Positions 10,159 to 18,509 are shown, numbered from the stretch's first letter. The stretch: 64,000 bases of DNA from Candidatus Omnitrophota bacterium (GCA_903836515.1 CAILQW010000048.1:316-64315), one strand, 5' to 3'. Notes: generated by a model from the letters alone, not told the origin. Translations and numbers: made by a program.

Positions 10159-10191
10159 GGCACGATTGTGGCACGATTACGGCACGATTAG
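10159..10191. repeat. Repeat block U3: GGCACGATT(G/A)N three times with an 11-bp period
   Basis: GGCACGATT at 10159, 10170, 10181; a related GCACTGCGATG immediately precedes it. Confidence 0.8.
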
Positions 10192-10307
10192 TTCGAATTG
10201 AGATTTGCCATGTGCTGCACAGTGGTGGTCGGGTCGTACGGAAATAATCACGACAATAATCATGACACATTGTCGCGATTGGTAAATGGTAAGGATTTGC
10301 TTATTTT

Positions 10308-10340
10308 GACTGCACGGTCACTGCGCGGTCACTGCACGGT
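10308..10340. repeat. Repeat block U4: (G/C)ACTGC(A/G)CGGT three times with an 11-bp period
   Basis: Units at 10308, 10319, 10330. Confidence 0.8.
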
Positions 10341-10348
10341 CTTGAAGA

Positions 10349-10392
10349 TATCGGTAAGCAATCGGTAAGCAGTTTTGTTTAATCGGTAATCA
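10349..10392. repeat. Repeat block U5: ATCGGTAAGCA twice, then ATCGGTAATCA displaced by exactly 22 bp, so the 11-bp phase is kept
   Basis: Units at 10349, 10360, 10382. Confidence 0.8.
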
Positions 10393-10536
10393 GCGCTGAT
10401 GGTGGCTTTCAAGCGAGCGGGCATCATTTGCGAGGACAAAGTCAATCAACTCCACATATCGCAAAAGTGTGGATTAAAGTGATTGCATGATTCCCAAAAG
10501 GGTCAGTTTGTGGAAATTTAAACAAGGGAGGCTATC

Positions 10537-11028
10537 GTGGGCTATTCAAATGAGAACACGCAACGCGTGATTGAAGCGTTTAACGGGAAGAACATGGATC
10601 TGGACGACGGGTCGAAATGGCATTTCAGCGTTCAGCAACCGCCGTCGAATTGGGCGGCGCAGGATAAGGTTGTGGTCGAGAAAGCGGGGATGATGTATAC
10701 GGTCCGTAATCTGACCAAGAAGTCAAATGGCATTGCCGCGTTCATACAGGATGCTTTGGAAACAACGCCTAAAGATAATACGAAGAAATTTTTGGAACCG
10801 ATCTGTGATGAGGAGCTGACAATCGTCAAGATTCATCCTGATGGTTTGATTGAATTGAATGAAGGCCCGAGCTATCGTCCCGGCGGAGTCAATCCGGCCA
10901 AGATCGATTATAAAATGTGGGAGCCGGGGAATGCCGTTAAACTTGTTTCAAAGAATTCAAGATTCGGGCTATGTGAAATGCAAAATTTGACCAAGAGACG
11001 GTCCATGGATGTCATGCAGGACAAATAA
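10537..11028 (+). CDS. Hypothetical small protein, paralogous to the next ORF
   Basis: 163 aa; GTG start with RBS AAGGGAGG 5 nt upstream; shares the DGS(K/Q)W...W...V.V...G....YT(V/I).N pattern with the following ORF. Confidence 0.5.
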   Translation: MGYSNENTQRVIEAFNGKNMDLDDGSKWHFSVQQPPSNWAAQDKVVVEKAGMMYTVRNLTKKSNGIAAFIQDALETTPKDNTKKFLEPICDEELTIVKIHPDGLIELNEGPSYRPGGVNPAKIDYKMWEPGNAVKLVSKNSRFGLCEMQNLTKRRSMDVMQDK

Positions 11029-11041
11029 GAAAGGGCTCTTT

Positions 11042-11437
11042 ATGGAATCAAAACGCTTTAGTGGGGACTTGGTTAATAAAGTTTTGAAGCCCAAGGAAAC
11101 GAAAAAGGCCAACGCGTTAGAAGTGGCTCTTGAGAAAAGGGTTGATCATGATCGGAGATACAAGAATTTGAACCAGCCGATCAAGATTGAAAGCGTTGAG
11201 GCTGATTGTAAGACGATAGTTCTCAAGGACGGATCACAATGGTCTGCTGTTTATGGTTTCGGGTTAAGTGAGGATTACGCCACTGACTGGGCGGCCAATG
11301 AGACTGTCATCGTTATTGGGACCAAGGGCGGCGACAGTGCGGTTTATACAATAAAGAATATCAGTTCCGGGAGCCAGTCGCGCTGGTCTTTTGTTGAGTA
11401 TGTGGATGGCAGGGGGCCGCAATCAAAAGGAAGATAG
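11042..11437 (+). CDS. Hypothetical small protein, tandem paralog of 10537-11028
   Basis: Start moved to the internal ATG at 11042 (MESKRF), just after the upstream stop; same motif pattern (DGSQWSAVYG...VYTIKNISSG). Confidence 0.5.
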   Translation: MESKRFSGDLVNKVLKPKETKKANALEVALEKRVDHDRRYKNLNQPIKIESVEADCKTIVLKDGSQWSAVYGFGLSEDYATDWAANETVIVIGTKGGDSAVYTIKNISSGSQSRWSFVEYVDGRGPQSKGR

Positions 11438-11440
11438 GAT

Positions 11441-12247
11441 ATGGAAGAGCCCAAAAGGAATAAGAATTATAGCGACCAGGTTCTGAATCTTACTCAGGCA
11501 AATGAGTTATTACAGGATCATGCCAAAGAAATCCGGGCGTTTTATGATCAGAAGAAGACGCCTCTTTTTGAGATCGCCTTTTTTATCTTGGATAAATATT
11601 CAGAGTGGAGAAGGGCGAACCCCGGCGCGAAGTTTAGTTATTATCTATTTAATCTAATTAAGGCTGGAAAACTTAGCAAGAACAAGAAGTCGACATTAAA
11701 GTTAGGGTTTAAGGTCACCCAAGTTTTTTCTGATTTAAGAAACCCGAACAAGAGACGCATGTTATTTGATTCTTATCGTGAGATTGCAAATGCCGATATA
11801 ACTCAGGAACAGAAGGACGAATTGCGGCAAGAGGCTGAAGACAATGGATATAGTGGCAGGAAAATTCGAGAAATCATCGATGCCAGGTTCAATAATGGTT
11901 TAAAGGGCAAGAATGGAATTGTTACAAAGCGCATGTTTTGTGAAGCTGATCCGAAGGGTGAAGAAATACTATGGAAGCTGATTAATTTAAGATTCTTGGT
12001 AGAGATTGGTTTAGATAAAGTTCGCTTGGTGCGTCAGAGCGTCGCTGCTGCTAGGCCTGCGGAAATGCAGAGCCCTAATTTTGATGAAATTTGGGTCACT
12101 CTGGAAAATGAGGAGGTGCGGGCTTCGAAACGGAAACATATTTTTTATAGAGACCACGATAACTTCATTGCCATTGTTAAAAGCTCTCTTGAATTGTGGA
12201 AACCTGAGGAAGGAGACAGATTTATTTTAAAAAAACTTCGCAGATAA
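11441..12247 (+). CDS. Hypothetical protein (268 aa, basic, Lys-rich)
   Basis: RBS AAGGAAG before the ATG; no recognisable domain. Confidence 0.5.
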   Translation: MEEPKRNKNYSDQVLNLTQANELLQDHAKEIRAFYDQKKTPLFEIAFFILDKYSEWRRANPGAKFSYYLFNLIKAGKLSKNKKSTLKLGFKVTQVFSDLRNPNKRRMLFDSYREIANADITQEQKDELRQEAEDNGYSGRKIREIIDARFNNGLKGKNGIVTKRMFCEADPKGEEILWKLINLRFLVEIGLDKVRLVRQSVAAARPAEMQSPNFDEIWVTLENEEVRASKRKHIFYRDHDNFIAIVKSSLELWKPEEGDRFILKKLRR

Positions 12248-12348
12248 ACTACAGCCTGTCTTTTTAGTTAACGATTTATAACCTGTCAATCCGTTCTTAA
12301 CTTGCAATTCTGCAAGTATTTAGAGCGGATTTTTTATTGCCTTCCGTA

Positions 12349-12373
12349 GGTTCGGCAACGCCGAACCTGTTTT
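12349..12373 (+). terminator. Hairpin GGTTCGGCAACGCCGAACC followed by a T-rich run; possible terminator or operator
   Basis: Perfect 8-bp stem and 3-nt loop followed by TGTTTTG; a related palindrome TTCGGCTGCCGAA recurs at 12453-12465. Confidence 0.4.
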
Positions 12374-12588
12374 GACCCATTTAACACATAATACATGTAG
12401 AGAGTTATAAACTGGCAAGCATTTCGTTCTTTCTCAAGATATAGGTCATAATTCGGCTGCCGAACTTATGAATGGCCAAGTTCAACACTTAAACCTTAAG
12501 ATATCAGCATTTCTGTGGGTTCGATCTTTTTGATTGAGCCCACATCTTTACTTATTTATTAAACCAAAAACAAAAATGGAGAAAACAC

Positions 12589-13845
12589 ATGAATATCGAA
12601 AAAGTGAGCATCAACAGGATTAACCCTGCTGCTTATAACCCCAGAATCGACCTTAAGCCGGGGAACAAGGAATACGAGAAGTTGAAGCAAAGCATTGATA
12701 CCTTTGGATATGTGGAGATTTTGGTCTGGAATTGCCGCACCGGCAATCTGGTGGGTGGGCATCAAAGGCTCAAAATCCTGCTTGCTCAAGGGGTTGAGGA
12801 GGTGGAGGTCAGCGTGGTTGACCTTGATATAGAGAAGGAGAAGGTCCTGAATCTGGCCCTGAATCGGGTTAGGGGTGATTGGGATCAGGACAAACTGGCC
12901 GTATTGATGCAGGAGTTAACAAAATTGCCTGATTTCAATACAGCTCTGACCGGATTCAATCTTCCGGAGATCAACAAGATCCTCACTGACTTTGAGGTAG
13001 CCAATGAGGATGTGTTTAACGGCGCTTCCATAGATCCCAAGGACAATGCTGTTACGGTCCTTGGGGATCTCATTGAATTGGGCGGTCATCGGATTTTATG
13101 CGGTGATTGTTCCAAGCCCGAAGATCTGAAGCGGCTGTTTGGCGATCAAAAAGCCGATATGGTCTTCACGGACCCGCCTTACGGATGTTCGTATAACAGC
13201 GGCAATCGACCCGGGGCCAACGGTAACGGGAAATGGGCCATGATCGAAAATGATGACAAGCCCCAGCCCGAGTATGAGAAATGGTTAGCGGGTGTTATTG
13301 ATAACTTGACCCCGTTTATTGCAACGGGCGCTCCGTTTTATATCTGGAACGGCAGTCGTCAGTTTGCCCCCATGTACGAGATGCTTCTTAAGAACGGGAT
13401 GCATATATCGTGCGTTATCACGTGGGCAAAAGAATCGTTCTCGGCTGGTTATGTTGATTATCACCACCAGACCGAGTTTTGCATCTACGGATGGAAAGAT
13501 CAAAACGGCGCGCACAGGTTTTTCGGCGCAAATAATGAAACCAACCTCTGGCAGATCAAGCGTGATTCCAGAAGCGATGCCATTCATCCCACTCAGAAGC
13601 CTGTGGCTCTGGCCCATCGAGCGATCAGGAACAGTTCAAGAGGCGGGGAGATCGTTTTCGACGCGTTCTTAGGATCAGGGACCACCTTGATCGCGGCGGA
13701 TGGGTTAAAGCGCCGGTGTTTTGGAACTGAGATTAAACCTCACTTTGTTGACGCCATTGTTCGGCGATACGTCAAGGTTGCGGGTGCAGGCGGTGTTTCA
13801 AAAGAGGTGTTAACAAAATACAAACTTGGGGAAGGGGGGCAGTAA
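12589..13845 (+). CDS. ParB-like nuclease domain fused to a DNA (N6-adenine/N4-cytosine) methyltransferase; a phage-type orphan methylase
   Basis: N-terminal ParB/Srx motif (NLVGGHQRLKIL); DPPY motif (VFTDPPYGCSY) followed by the AdoMet motif (FDAFLGSGTTLIAA); this order indicates a beta-class amino-methyltransferase; the architecture is typical of phage packaging regions. Confidence 0.8.
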   Translation: MNIEKVSINRINPAAYNPRIDLKPGNKEYEKLKQSIDTFGYVEILVWNCRTGNLVGGHQRLKILLAQGVEEVEVSVVDLDIEKEKVLNLALNRVRGDWDQDKLAVLMQELTKLPDFNTALTGFNLPEINKILTDFEVANEDVFNGASIDPKDNAVTVLGDLIELGGHRILCGDCSKPEDLKRLFGDQKADMVFTDPPYGCSYNSGNRPGANGNGKWAMIENDDKPQPEYEKWLAGVIDNLTPFIATGAPFYIWNGSRQFAPMYEMLLKNGMHISCVITWAKESFSAGYVDYHHQTEFCIYGWKDQNGAHRFFGANNETNLWQIKRDSRSDAIHPTQKPVALAHRAIRNSSRGGEIVFDAFLGSGTTLIAADGLKRRCFGTEIKPHFVDAIVRRYVKVAGAGGVSKEVLTKYKLGEGGQ

Positions 13846-13877
13846 AACAACAAGGTTGGTCAAACGGTAAAACAACA

Positions 13878-14306
13878 ATGAAAGTTAAAAAAGAAAGGGA
13901 TCATTTTATGGTTTTCAAATATCAAAGTAAGCGGCATCCGGATGCAATCAATGTTTTGCGTTTGGTTGAAGATGAAGACTTGGATGTAAGTGAAATAACA
14001 AAAGAGATGCGACAGGGTTGCATTGAAATCCTCACACGCGAGGCATACTCAGACTCAGCAATTGCAATGAAATTAAGAACAACAATAAGTGTTGTTGAGT
14101 CGGATCAAAACGAAATACAAGCGGTCAATTCAAAGGCCTTGTATGTCAGTCGTGTGCGAGTTGAGATTGAGACGGCTAAAGGGAAGTCACGAGAGATTCG
14201 AAGAACTCGCCAGGACTTTAAGAAGGGGCCCGGTGAGGATGCCTATAAAGCCATAACAAGGGAGATCGTTATCAAGGAGGCAAGAAAACATGCCAAACGA
14301 AACTAA
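13878..14306 (+). CDS. Small phage-associated protein with a putative sigma-70 region-4-like HTH
   Basis: 142 aa; the QGCIEILTREAYSDSAIAMKLRTTISVV segment resembles an HTH; alternative start at ATG 13908. Confidence 0.45.
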   Translation: MKVKKERDHFMVFKYQSKRHPDAINVLRLVEDEDLDVSEITKEMRQGCIEILTREAYSDSAIAMKLRTTISVVESDQNEIQAVNSKALYVSRVRVEIETAKGKSREIRRTRQDFKKGPGEDAYKAITREIVIKEARKHAKRN

Positions 14307-14964
14307 TAAGGAAGAGCTTTCGACCTTTGAAATGCTCAAACGGATTCAGGCGGGGAGCCTGAATCCGAGGACGCTGACGGAAGAGCAGCGGCAGGAATGC
14401 GTTGAACTGTTAAGGCTGGAAGGCCAGACGCACGCGGCCATTGCGGAACTTCTCAAGTGGAACATCAAAACAATCAAACGCGACTGGAATGAAATTCGCA
14501 GCAGGAATGCGAAAAAACCGACACCGGAATTCGCGCTGCGTCATATCGCGGAGTTGATCGAGCAGTCCGGTTCAAAACACGACCATCTGACGCGAATGGC
14601 GCGTGGAGATGATGGAACGGTTCAGGAGCGCTCTCAGGCGGAATACTATGCGTTTAAAGTCCTGAGTGAGACCACGCAGTTGTTACAGACCATGGGGTAT
14701 TTGCCATCTAAGGCAACGAAGTTCATGGGGGATGTTTATCACCACCATGACGATGGCCGAGATCCCAAGGAAATGAGAGCCGAGATCGACCGGATAGAAA
14801 AGATCGTGTCCGAGGAGGGGATACAAGATCCGGCCATGCAGGCACGGTTGGAGGCGTTAAGAAAGAAAGTCGACCTGGCTGAAGTGGATAAACAAATAAC
14901 CGATTTGTCGGCGAATGTCGCTGATAAAACAACAACAAACAAGGAGGATGGAAGCAATGGCTAA
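14290..14964 (+). CDS. Putative terminase small subunit (HTH-containing protein immediately upstream of and overlapping terL)
   Basis: 224 aa; RBS AAGGAGG; HTH-like segment EEQRQECVELLRLEGQTHAAIAELLKWNIKTIKRD; synteny with terL. Confidence 0.45.
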   Translation: MPNETNKEELSTFEMLKRIQAGSLNPRTLTEEQRQECVELLRLEGQTHAAIAELLKWNIKTIKRDWNEIRSRNAKKPTPEFALRHIAELIEQSGSKHDHLTRMARGDDGTVQERSQAEYYAFKVLSETTQLLQTMGYLPSKATKFMGDVYHHHDDGRDPKEMRAEIDRIEKIVSEEGIQDPAMQARLEALRKKVDLAEVDKQITDLSANVADKTTTNKEDGSNG

Positions 14965-16570
14965 TATTAATCTCAAGGAATTCGGTAAACAGAACGTGAT
15001 GGTATTTGCGAGGACATATTTCTCGCATTACCTGAAAACAAATCCGTGTGGGTTTCATCGGGAGCTTTGCGAATTGTTGCAAGGCTTGAATACAAAACGC
15101 GGTGGCCGATTGGCGGTCGCCGCCCCGCGTGGAAGCGCGAAGAGTACCTTCGTCAGTTTGATCTATGTTTTATGGTGCATTTGTTATTCCAAAGAGCAGT
15201 ACATCGTTTTGCTCTCGGACACCAGCGATCAGGCTGAAGGTCTTCTGGCGCACGTTAAAAATGAGCTCGAGAACAACGAGCATTTGAGACGTGATTTCCC
15301 GGAGGCTTGTATCGCGGAGGATGATAAAAAGTTGGGCGTTTGGAAAAAAGAGGAGATCGTCACAAAGAATAACATTAAGGTGACGGCGCTCGGCGCAGGC
15401 CAGAAGATACGAGGCCGGAGGCATCAGGAACACCGTCCCACGTTGATCATTCTTGATGATATTGAGAATGATGAAAACACGCAGAACGGTGAATCAATGG
15501 ACAAGCTGAACGAATGGTTCGAGCGGGCGGTCCTGAAAGCGGGAACGACCACAACCAATGTTGTTTTGGTTGGGACCATTCAGCATTACGGGTGTCTTTT
15601 GTCCCGGTTAACAAAGGAAGAAGCAACGGGATGGAATAAACGGATCTACCGGTCGGTTATTTCATCTGCCAAGAGGGAAGACCTCTGGGCAAAATGGTTC
15701 ACGCTTTACAGAGGGCTCGATTGTTACGGTCAAAATGAAGGGGCCGCTGCGGCAGCGGACTTCTTTAAGGACAACGAGAAGGAAATGATAGACGGGGTAT
15801 CTGTCCTCTGGCCTGAAAAGGAAAGTTATCAGGACTTGATGGTCATGCGTGAAGAGGAAGGCGAGAGCAGCTTCAACGCTGAGAAACAAAATGAACCGGT
15901 TGATCCGAAGAATGCATTCTTTAAATGGGATGGCTTTCAGTTCTGGGATCAGCAATACAGGAATGAGGAAGAGCTAAGATCGGCGTTTGGCGACAAGCTG
16001 GCATATTATGCGGCTGTTGATCCGAGTTTGGGGAAGCCCGGTAAGCGTGGGGATTATTCGGCGATAGTGGTCATTGCTAAGCATGTTGATACGAAAGCGG
16101 CATTTGTTTTGGTCGCTGACATTGCTAAAAGAACCCCGGATAATCTGGTGCAGGCCGTTATAAACCTTGGCCGATTCTACAGGTTTAGCGCGGTTTTCGT
16201 TGAGGCCAACCAGTTTCAGGAGCTGCTGGTTCGTGACATTGAAGAGAGAGCGTACAGCATGGGGATTTCGCTCAATATTCAAAGGGTTACGAGTCGGCTC
16301 GACAAGCTGGCCCGAATTCAAGGTCTTGAGCCTTGGATCACTCAAGGAAAAATCAAGTTCGCTCAAACCCAGAGGCTATTGCTGGATCAGTTTAGGCATT
16401 TTCCAAAAGGGGCGCATGATGACGGTCCGGACGCTTTGGAGATGGCGATCTCAGGGCCTGATAAACGAAAAGGCGGGTTTGTCATAGTTGATCTTAATAA
16501 TGACCCTTACGATGACGATGATGACGACGATGATGATGGGCCGTGTTATAGCGTCAATTCAATCATATAA
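14957..16570 (+). CDS. terL: Phage terminase large subunit (ATPase plus nuclease) with a C-terminal poly-Asp tail
   Basis: Walker A (AAPRGSAKST); LLSDTSDQAEGLL; C-terminal RNase-H-like nuclease region; a D9 run near the C-terminus; start chosen at ATG 14957, 9 nt after AAGGAGG, while the ORF track begins at 14915. Confidence 0.85.
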   Translation: MANINLKEFGKQNVMVFARTYFSHYLKTNPCGFHRELCELLQGLNTKRGGRLAVAAPRGSAKSTFVSLIYVLWCICYSKEQYIVLLSDTSDQAEGLLAHVKNELENNEHLRRDFPEACIAEDDKKLGVWKKEEIVTKNNIKVTALGAGQKIRGRRHQEHRPTLIILDDIENDENTQNGESMDKLNEWFERAVLKAGTTTTNVVLVGTIQHYGCLLSRLTKEEATGWNKRIYRSVISSAKREDLWAKWFTLYRGLDCYGQNEGAAAAADFFKDNEKEMIDGVSVLWPEKESYQDLMVMREEEGESSFNAEKQNEPVDPKNAFFKWDGFQFWDQQYRNEEELRSAFGDKLAYYAAVDPSLGKPGKRGDYSAIVVIAKHVDTKAAFVLVADIAKRTPDNLVQAVINLGRFYRFSAVFVEANQFQELLVRDIEERAYSMGISLNIQRVTSRLDKLARIQGLEPWITQGKIKFAQTQRLLLDQFRHFPKGAHDDGPDALEMAISGPDKRKGGFVIVDLNNDPYDDDDDDDDDGPCYSVNSII

Positions 16571-16919
16571 AAGGGCGGATCATGGCGGACAGCAGCTGAA
16601 GGGCGCAGGTTTTCGCGGACTGCGCTCTTCTCTTTTGCTCACAATTAAGCAGTGTCCCCGCGAGGGACATCGACGGAAAGGGGACATTTCTGGTTTTCAT
16701 GAGGGGACATGTTGTAAGTGTTTGATCTTGAAGGCTTTCATTGTTTTTGTCTCGTCGTGAAAAGGGTCAAGAAGGACATGTTTTGGTTCTATTTGTCCCT
16801 ACAAACTTATCTCTAAAACGCTGGTTTTGGATTTTTTGTGATAGTATAAGCAGAGCTTGTTGGAGAGGTAGACAGCGGCGTGTCACCACTCCCCCCAGCT
16901 TGTTTTTTCTCTTAAAAAA

Positions 16920-16957
16920 CTAAAACCTCGTTCCCTTTGGGCGAGGTTTTAGTTTTC
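16920..16957 (+). terminator. Rho-independent terminator hairpin (CTAAAACCTCG ttccctttggg CGAGGTTTTAG) followed by TTTTCTTT
   Basis: Perfect 11-bp stem followed by a T-run on the + strand. Confidence 0.6.
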
Positions 16958-16973
16958 TTTAGAAGAAAAACAA

Positions 16974-16997
16974 CACCCAAAAGGATTCTTTTGGGTG
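16974..16997 (-). terminator. Hairpin CACCCAAAA-ggattc-TTTTGGGTG; acts as a terminator for the minus-strand genes and is followed by a T-run on the minus strand
   Basis: 9-bp stem; the minus-strand read continues TTGTTTTTC; sits at the 3' end of the recombinase remnant. Confidence 0.5.
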
Positions 16998-16998
16998 C

Positions 16999-17424
16999 TT
17001 ATTCCCGTCGTGGAAAGATGCAACTGGCCCCGATATTGCCAAAATCCTGATGCCAGAGAGTATGGGGAGGCGTATAACAAGTATAACGACAGCACGCAAA
17101 GTGAATGATCTTGCCGTGATTATGGATCAGATCGTTGATCTTGATCTTGTCGATGTCATTGCGGGTCATCCGGTCGGTGATGTCAAAGATGATGTGCTTG
17201 ATCTTTGGATGGGCTATGGCAAATTCGATCACTTGATTAAATGCCACGCGATCTTTCTTTTTATTCCAGGCAGATTCGATGACCCTCCAGGTTTTGACGA
17301 TCCTCAGGTTTCTGCGATCCGCATAGTCTTGCCCAAGCCTTTCTTGTGCATCTAAAGAAAAGCCGTCATTTTGCTTCTTGTTGGAGATGCGGCCATAATG
17401 GAGGGCGTCTTCTTGTTGCTCCAT
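16999..17424 (-). pseudogene. Serine recombinase (resolvase/invertase family) N-terminal catalytic-domain remnant, truncated after about 110 residues
   Basis: YGRISNKKQNDGFSLDAQ (cf. YARVSTxxQ..SLxxQ) and FDITDRMTRN (cf. DRLGRD) are present, but the frame then degenerates (..ACCRYTCYTPPHTLWHQDF..) and runs into the terminator hairpins. Confidence 0.6.
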
Positions 17425-17426
17425 GG

Positions 17427-18263
17427 TTACTTTACCTTTGCAGGTTTTGGCAGAAGATTCTTTTGTGGGACCTGGACGTAGTTGACCTTGCTGACGACCT
17501 TCTGGCCGGTTTCCTGTTCCAGTTTCTTGCGCGCGATCCCGGCAACGCCGCCGCCGCGAACAGCCACGGCTTTATTGGCCACGAATCCTTCCGGGTGCTC
17601 GACCTTGGTGATCTGGGTGGTTGACGCTTCACCCAGCATGGAGAAGATGAGTTCAAGATCCGTCATGTGGTCGCGCAGGTTCTCGTGCTTGAGACCTTTC
17701 AGTTTCTTGTAGTTGCTGGGTGTCAGGCCAAAGGTCGCTTTGGATATTTCGGCGGTCAGGATCTCGTACTCGCGGTTCTCCTGGACCCCGTGCTTCTTCC
17801 ACTGGTCGGTCAACTCTTCCCGGATGGCAATGCCACGCATCCGTTTCTCTATCCAGTCATCGGAATATCCCTTGGCCTTGTAAAGCGCACGCGTGCGCTT
17901 GGTACCCAGTTCCGGGTTCTCGATCTCCTGGATGCGCTCGTAACCGACCCGTGCCAGCCATTTCTTGAACGGCTCGGCCTTTGGGGAGGGGATGGATTGG
18001 ATGATCCGGAATACGCCTTCTGTGTTGGCACAATTCGTTTCCCGCCGCTTGCCATCGGGCGCCAACAGTTCAAGTGGGGTACAAATTGTACCCCAGTTGC
18101 TGTCCAGTTGAGAATCGCGCTGGCGCATCTTCTTGATGTATTGCCTGATGTCAGCGCTGTCAGTTAAGGCTTCGATGACATCTGCTACAGAAAACCACCA
18201 CTCATCGTTATGAATAGTCTTGCGGATCGCGATCTTTGTTTCTGGTGCTGGTTGTTGTGTCAT
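17427..18263 (-). CDS. Bro-N domain protein (phage antirepressor / DinD-like)
   Basis: N-terminal Bro-N signature (KIAIRKTIHNDEWWFSVADVIEAL); start moved to the internal ATG (MTQQ, plus-strand CAT 18261-18263), which has an AAAGGA RBS and avoids a 73-nt overlap with the XRE gene. Confidence 0.7.
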   Translation of the reverse strand: MTQQPAPETKIAIRKTIHNDEWWFSVADVIEALTDSADIRQYIKKMRQRDSQLDSNWGTICTPLELLAPDGKRRETNCANTEGVFRIIQSIPSPKAEPFKKWLARVGYERIQEIENPELGTKRTRALYKAKGYSDDWIEKRMRGIAIREELTDQWKKHGVQENREYEILTAEISKATFGLTPSNYKKLKGLKHENLRDHMTDLELIFSMLGEASTTQITKVEHPEGFVANKAVAVRGGGVAGIARKKLEQETGQKVVSKVNYVQVPQKNLLPKPAKVK

Positions 18264-18286
18264 ATGCGTTGTCCTTTCGGATGGTG

Positions 18287-18490
18287 TCATTTGATTTTTA
18301 AGAGTTTCTTGATGTGGTGCGTTTGGATCTTGTTCGGCGATGATTTTCGGTTGAACCATCTGTTGACCGTCGAGAAAGCGACGCCGAGTTTGTCGGCCAG
18401 GGCCTCCTGCGTGACGCGCTTTTCAAGGCGGTAGTTTTCGAGTTTGGCAACAATGTCCATTGGGTCTACTCCTTTGTGTTTGGTCTTCAT
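18287..18490 (-). CDS. XRE-family (Cro/CI-like) HTH transcriptional regulator
   Basis: 67 aa; RVTQEALADKLGVAFSTVNRWFNRKSSP is a canonical XRE HTH; an internal ATG (MDIVAKL) is an alternative start. Confidence 0.7.
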   Translation of the reverse strand: MKTKHKGVDPMDIVAKLENYRLEKRVTQEALADKLGVAFSTVNRWFNRKSSPNKIQTHHIKKLLKIK

Positions 18491-18509
18491 TGCATATTAT
18501 AGTGTTGTT

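Noticed and set aside
9969-10392. Possible CRISPR array
   Set aside because: The repeats are only 11 bp, are directly tandem without spacers, and five unrelated units are involved; this is not CRISPR architecture.
12505-12545. tRNA-like T-arm sequence (GTGGGTTCGATC...GATTGAGCCCAC)
   Set aside because: It forms a simple hairpin, but there is no acceptor stem, anticodon arm or CCA context; it is not a tRNA.
16488-16923. Small + strand ORFs 16488-16760 and 16741-16923
   Set aside because: They overlap the terL 3' end or the terminator and GGGGACAT region, the translation is low complexity (MTLTMTMMTTMMM...), and they lack an RBS.
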